A stretch of DNA of 64,000 nt from a virus. Numbering within the stretch: position 1 is the stretch's first letter; every line of letters starts with the position of its first letter. Shown piece by piece: positions 59,497 through 64,000 of this stretch. The translations under genes were made by a program, and so were the position numbers. The stretch covers positions 64,001-128,000 of the IMG/VR virus record IMGVR_UViG_3300013101_002049, one strand, 5' to 3'. Under the pieces are notes generated by a model. That model had not been told where the DNA came from. It made no database searches and saw nothing but the letters and a program-made list of their open reading frames with translations.

Positions 59497-61482
59497 ATGA
59501 TAAAGAAGAGAAGGAAAGGTGATTTAAATGTTGCATATCGACCTTACCGCATTGATGAGGTATTTGGTCATGATCGTATAAAAAATATGATCTCGGGATA
59601 TTTAGAAAATGCTACATTACCACATGCCTCATTGTTTACTGGACCAGCAGGTTGTGTGGATTGCGATACTGAATTTTTTACTGGTTATGGTTGGAAAAAG
59701 ATTTCCGAATACACTGATGGTGATTTAGTAATGCAGTATGATACTGCTACTAAGATAGCATCGTTAGTTAAACCGTTTAGGTATATAAAGAAGCCAGTAG
59801 ATAAATTATTTCATTTTAAAACTAAATATGGATTGGATCAGTGTTTAAGTAAAGATCATAGGGTATTATATTCATTACGAAAAAGTGGTTTACATACTGA
59901 TAGTTTTGAGTCAATAATAAACACACACAATACTAATAAGTATGGTTTTAATGGTAAATTTTTAACATCGTTTAATTTAGATGCATCTGCTGGTATTGAT
60001 ATGTGTTCCGCGGATTTACGTGTAATGGTTATGATAATTGCTGATGCAACTATTGACCCTAATAGAACAAAGTGTTGTCTTAATTTAAAAAAGAAAAGAA
60101 AAATAGAACGTGCTCATAAATTATTAAACGAGGCAGGTATTGAATATTCTACATTAACCCAGGGTGATTATACACGATTTTATTTTATACCTCCAATTAG
60201 AACTAAGGAATTTGATAGTTACTTTTATGGTTGTAATGCCAATCAATTAGAGACTATATCATCTGAGGTGGTTTTGTGGGATGGTGATCAAAATAATATT
60301 TTCTTTACAACATCTAAACAAAGTGCAGATTTTATACAATATGCATTTACTGCTTCTGGTTATAGAGCTTCGATAAATATTGATGATAGGCGAATAAATA
60401 ATAGGTCTATTACTTACAGGGTTATCAGATCTACTAGTACTGTTTGCGGATTTAGTACTGTGGCCGATAGAAAGACTGTTATTTCTGAATATACACCAAT
60501 AGATGGTTATCAATATTGTTTTACAGTTCCATCATCTTATTTAGTACTTAGAAGAAATAATTGCATATTTATAACTGGTAATTGTGGTAAAACGACTTTT
60601 GCTAGGATAGTTGCTTTAGGTTTGAATTGTGAAACAGGTGTTACATCTAATCCATGTTGTGAATGTTCTACATGTAAAAGTATTATAGCATTGAATAGTC
60701 TTTCAGTATTAGAGTTAGATGGTGCAAGAACAGGAAATGTTGATACTGTCAAACGTGTATTAAATGATTTACCCGCGGCTCCCTTTGGTAATGATAGAGT
60801 GCGGGTATTAATTCTTGATGAGGCGCATAAACTTAGTGACGCCGCAGAGGATTCCCTCCTAAAGTTTTTAGAAGACACACCTGCTCATGTGTATATTATA
60901 TTATGTACCAATGAGCCTCAAAAACTTAAAGAAGCCATTCGACAGCGTTGTAAAATGATTCAATTTAGTAGATTGGAGCGCAAACCTATATATGAGTTAT
61001 TAGAACAAGTTGCGCAGTTTGAAGGTATGAATTATAACTCAAAAATTCTTAATAAAATTACTGAGGAATGCGAAGGGACACCGCGTATAGCGTTGTCTTT
61101 TTTACAGCAGATTAATGCTGAAGGTAGTTGGACGAATGAAGCGGTTGGTTTTATTTTAAGTGCTGGCCTCGAAGCAGATCAACAAGAAGTTATAGATATG
61201 TGTAGATTGTTAGTTAAGAATCATGGCCAATGGCAACCAGTTCAAAATATTTTTTTGAAGTTGGTTAAAAAAATTCCAGTAGAAACTATGCGTATAGCGG
61301 CTACTGGATTTTTATCTGGATGTTTTAAGAGATCGACTTCCATTGAAGATGCAACTCGTTACGCTAAATGTGTAGAGTTAGTTGGGCAGTTATATTATGG
61401 ACCTAAGCCCGAGCATATGTTATTGATGAAATTGTTTCGGAGTTATAATATTATACATTCGGGGAAGGATATATGGACATAA
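59497..61482 (+). CDS. dnaX: DnaX (gamma-like) clamp-loader subunit containing an intein
   Basis: YRP...EVFGH, Walker A GPAG|CGKTT, Zn motif LNC..PCCECSTC, DEAH, LLKFLE, QRC; 351 aa extein. Confidence 0.92.
   Translation: MIKKRRKGDLNVAYRPYRIDEVFGHDRIKNMISGYLENATLPHASLFTGPAGCVDCDTEFFTGYGWKKISEYTDGDLVMQYDTATKIASLVKPFRYIKKPVDKLFHFKTKYGLDQCLSKDHRVLYSLRKSGLHTDSFESIINTHNTNKYGFNGKFLTSFNLDASAGIDMCSADLRVMVMIIADATIDPNRTKCCLNLKKKRKIERAHKLLNEAGIEYSTLTQGDYTRFYFIPPIRTKEFDSYFYGCNANQLETISSEVVLWDGDQNNIFFTTSKQSADFIQYAFTASGYRASINIDDRRINNRSITYRVIRSTSTVCGFSTVADRKTVISEYTPIDGYQYCFTVPSSYLVLRRNNCIFITGNCGKTTFARIVALGLNCETGVTSNPCCECSTCKSIIALNSLSVLELDGARTGNVDTVKRVLNDLPAAPFGNDRVRVLILDEAHKLSDAAEDSLLKFLEDTPAHVYIILCTNEPQKLKEAIRQRCKMIQFSRLERKPIYELLEQVAQFEGMNYNSKILNKITEECEGTPRIALSFLQQINAEGSWTNEAVGFILSAGLEADQQEVIDMCRLLVKNHGQWQPVQNIFLKLVKKIPVETMRIAATGFLSGCFKRSTSIEDATRYAKCVELVGQLYYGPKPEHMLLMKLFRSYNIIHSGKDIWT
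59653..60582 (+). mobile_element. Intein (310 aa) in the DnaX Walker A motif, with a degenerate LAGLIDADG-like region
   Basis: Starts CVDCDTEF, has block B LSKDHRV and YCFTVPS, and ends FITGN followed by Cys. Confidence 0.9.
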
Positions 61483-63302
61483 GTTATGATAATGGATTGC
61501 CGGACCTTCCGCCACCAAATTATCAATACATTACAAATACTGAAGAAGCTTTAAAAGTATTACCTGAAATTGAAAGGTACGATTTGATTGAAGTGGATAC
61601 AGAGACAACTGCTTTGGATCCATTTATGGCGAAAATAGTACTAATTCAAATAGGCGTGCTTGGTAAATCTTACGTGTTTGATGTTCGTGATGGTAATGTT
61701 CGTGCGGAAGTTTTGAAATCGTTATTAGAAGGCGATGGTTCTTTAAAACTTTTACAAAATGCTGCTTATGATTTTGAGGTACTAAAAACTAATTTTGATA
61801 TCGAGTTAAATCGTATTTATGATACAATGTTAGTTGAACAGTTGTTGTATTTAGGATTACATCAGAAAGCAAGTTTGGACCATTTAGTTGGTAAATATTT
61901 ACATATGAAGATGCCTAAAGATATTGCAACTTCGTTTGTTAATTATCATCAAAAATATCAAGAATACCAACTTAGATACGCGGCGAATGATGTTTCAGTT
62001 TTGCGTGACATTTATAACATGCAGATGCCTAAGTTACGTCAAGATGGTTTGATGCGAGTTGCTAAATTAGAATTTGATTTTATTAAACCATTAGCAGAAA
62101 TGGAATTAAATGGAATGTTGTTAGATGTTCCTCAATGGCGTAATATTCTTAATGATATGGTTGTTGAAAGAGATAGATTACGTATTCAGTTAGGAAGTGT
62201 ATTTGAAGATACTATTGATCAGACTACGTTATTTGGTGTATCATTGATGAATTTAGATAGTCCTGCACAGGTTATTAAAGGGCTACAAAAAGTAGGTGTT
62301 TATGTTGATAGTACGGATGTTAAGGAGTTAAATAAACATAAGAAAAATCCAGTTGTAAAATTGTTATTGGAATATCGTAAATATGAAAAGTTCATCACTA
62401 CATATGGTGAGCCGATGATTGATCGTATTCATCCAAAGACTGGTAGATTACATACCAAATTTAAGCAGATGGTTGACACTGGTAGAATGAGTTCTTCAAA
62501 TCCTAATTTACAAAATATTCCAAAAGAGCAGAAATATAGGTCTTGTTTTATCGCTCGACCAGGGTATAAGATTATTACGTGTGATATGAGCGCCGCGGAA
62601 CTTCGTATCATTGCTAATTTGTCACGTGATCCATTATGGGTTAAGATATTTAACGAAGGTGGTGATTTACATACTGTTTCTGCTGCTGGTATTTATGGAA
62701 TATCTGAAGATGAAGTAATGGCTGATAAAAAACTGGATGATGAAGATCCAAATAAAAAGAATTATAGATCTAATTCCAAACCTATTTCTTTTGGTTTGGC
62801 TTATGGACTTTCAGAACATGGATTGTCTTTACGTCTTGGTATTTCTAAAGATGAAGCTAAAAAGATGATTTTGAATTATTTTAAAAAATATCCTTTAGTT
62901 CATAAATTTTTGGAAGAATCTGGTCGTAATGCTGTGTTGAATAGATTTTCTGCATCTATTAGTGGGCGCAGACGGTATTATACTTTACCTGACCCCACTG
63001 ATCCAGATTTTAAGAAAATTCGTGGTGCTATTGAAAGGCAAGGTAAAAATATGCCAATTCAAGCGGCAAATGCTGATACAATAAAACAAGCCATGATTCA
63101 TGTTACTGAAAGAATTAAACCGTATGATGCTCGTTTGTTATTAACGGTGCATGATGAAGTTATAGTTGAAGCTCGAGAGGATCAAGTAGAAGAAGTTAAA
63201 CCTATTGTAGAACAATCTGTTAAAGACGGGTTTGATGATTTTTTCGAGTTAGTTAAAATGAAAGCTGGCGCTGATGTAGCTAATCATTGGGTGAAAGGGT
63301 AG
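61473..63302 (+). CDS. polA: Family A DNA polymerase (3'-5' exonuclease plus polymerase; no 5'-3' nuclease domain)
   Basis: DTETT, QNAAYD, YAAND; TGRMSSSNPNLQNIP; motif A DMSAAELR, motif B R..SKPISFGLAYG, motif C VHDE. Confidence 0.95.
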   Translation: MDISYDNGLPDLPPPNYQYITNTEEALKVLPEIERYDLIEVDTETTALDPFMAKIVLIQIGVLGKSYVFDVRDGNVRAEVLKSLLEGDGSLKLLQNAAYDFEVLKTNFDIELNRIYDTMLVEQLLYLGLHQKASLDHLVGKYLHMKMPKDIATSFVNYHQKYQEYQLRYAANDVSVLRDIYNMQMPKLRQDGLMRVAKLEFDFIKPLAEMELNGMLLDVPQWRNILNDMVVERDRLRIQLGSVFEDTIDQTTLFGVSLMNLDSPAQVIKGLQKVGVYVDSTDVKELNKHKKNPVVKLLLEYRKYEKFITTYGEPMIDRIHPKTGRLHTKFKQMVDTGRMSSSNPNLQNIPKEQKYRSCFIARPGYKIITCDMSAAELRIIANLSRDPLWVKIFNEGGDLHTVSAAGIYGISEDEVMADKKLDDEDPNKKNYRSNSKPISFGLAYGLSEHGLSLRLGISKDEAKKMILNYFKKYPLVHKFLEESGRNAVLNRFSASISGRRRYYTLPDPTDPDFKKIRGAIERQGKNMPIQAANADTIKQAMIHVTERIKPYDARLLLTVHDEVIVEAREDQVEEVKPIVEQSVKDGFDDFFELVKMKAGADVANHWVKG

Positions 63303-63305
63303 AAT

Positions 63306-63734
63306 ATGGAAATTAAAATTCACAGGTTAGATGATAATGCAATTGTGCCTACATATGGTTCTGATGGTGCAGCATGTTTAGATCTTTATTCAGTAGATGT
63401 AGTTATTATAAGACCAGGTGATGTTCGTTATATACGAAGCGGATGGTCGTTTAGTATACCTGAAGGATATGAAGTTCAGATTTATCCTCGGAGTGGTATA
63501 GCTTGTAAAAAGCAGTTGATTGTTTTAAATTCTCCTTGTATTATTGATAGTGATTATCGTGGAGAAGTTTATACATATATGAAAAATATCAGTAATGAAT
63601 CTTTTATGTTTCGTCAGGGAGATAGATACGCCCAAATGGCTATTAAACGAAGCATTCCCGTAGAGTTTGATGTTGTTGATGAATTAGATGAAACAGAACG
63701 CGGTGAAGGCGGATTCGGATCGACTGGTACTTAA
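63306..63734 (+). CDS. dut: Trimeric dUTPase
   Basis: AACLDL, PRSG, IDSDYRGE, GDRYAQ, RGEGGFGSTG. Confidence 0.95.
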   Translation: MEIKIHRLDDNAIVPTYGSDGAACLDLYSVDVVIIRPGDVRYIRSGWSFSIPEGYEVQIYPRSGIACKKQLIVLNSPCIIDSDYRGEVYTYMKNISNESFMFRQGDRYAQMAIKRSIPVEFDVVDELDETERGEGGFGSTGT

Positions 63735-63747
63735 TAGGGGGAAAGAT

Positions 63748-64000
63748 ATGGGTAAGTTATCTGAAAACGGAAAAAAAGTGGCAGAAGATAGATATTTTAT
63801 GGATGATGAAGATTGGGATGGTTGTGCTAGTCGTGTTGGTACAGTTGTAGCTGGCGCCGAAAATTCTAATTCATTGAAATATTCTGACAAATTTAGTGAA
63901 ATGATTTATAATATGGATTTTTTACCCGGTGGAAGAATATTACGTAATGCTGGTCGTCCGAGGGGATCTATGTTTAATTGTTATCACTTACCGATAGGAG
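63748..64000 (+). CDS. nrdJ: Ribonucleotide reductase large subunit, probably class II (3'-truncated)
   Basis: Not in the ORF track. Translation gives MGKLSENGKKVAEDRY..RV..FLPGGRILRNAGRPRGSMFNCYHLPIG. Confidence 0.8.
   Translation, partial: MGKLSENGKKVAEDRYFMDDEDWDGCASRVGTVVAGAENSNSLKYSDKFSEMIYNMDFLPGGRILRNAGRPRGSMFNCYHLPIG

Noticed and set aside
2483-63890. Short minus-strand and nested alternative-frame ORFs (60-120 aa) in the ORF track
   Set aside because: Nearly all lie within or across well-supported + strand genes and show no recognisable motifs, so they are treated as shadow ORFs.
1-64000. Genome-wide TAG recoding (genetic code 15)
   Set aside because: ORFs of up to 2275 codons have no internal TAG, and several genes end at TAG directly before the next RBS or start. 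Only one gene is interrupted.
1-64000. tRNA, rRNA or other structured RNA genes
   Set aside because: Intergenic gaps are short and AT-rich and I recognised no cloverleaf or rRNA-like sequence by eye. A covariance-model scan was not run.

Overview
This 64 kb AT-rich window, coded entirely on the + strand with Shine-Dalgarno sites, is most consistent with part of a large (jumbo-type) bacteriophage genome using the standard genetic code. It has four blocks. (1) 1-32.5 kb: very large Ser/Thr/Gly/Asp-rich putative virion or fibre proteins (Ig-like, discoidin, propeller, SPRY, DUF2341-like, LamG and DLxAxI-repeat), interrupted by two free-standing endonuclease genes. (2) 32.6-42.2 kb: nucleotide, replication and recombination genes (thyA, MazG-like, dnaN, recA, dnaB, dnaG, ruvC, Cas4/RecB-like). 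(3) 42.2-59.4 kb: a 20-gene cluster of apparently soluble glycan enzymes (8 glycosyltransferases, a sulfotransferase, 2 methyltransferases, 3 acyltransferases, a deacetylase, WbpB/WecB and heptose/Kdo-type enzymes). (4) 59.5-64 kb: dnaX with an intein, a family A DNA polymerase, dut and the start of a ribonucleotide reductase. The best candidate for a new system is phage-encoded glycosylation of virion proteins: a T-x-S-G motif occurs about 35 times (hand count) in the putative structural proteins and about once in the non-structural ones, alongside a glycan cluster with no visible membrane or export genes. Other highlights are three repeated adhesin-module/YxxP..FxF-peptide gene pairs, a beta-clamp-type motif (QTTLF) in the thumb of the family A polymerase, an intein in a glycosyltransferase active-site motif, and a conserved CTAGCA-N17-TATAAT promoter. 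All calls come from motif recognition by eye; no searches were run.
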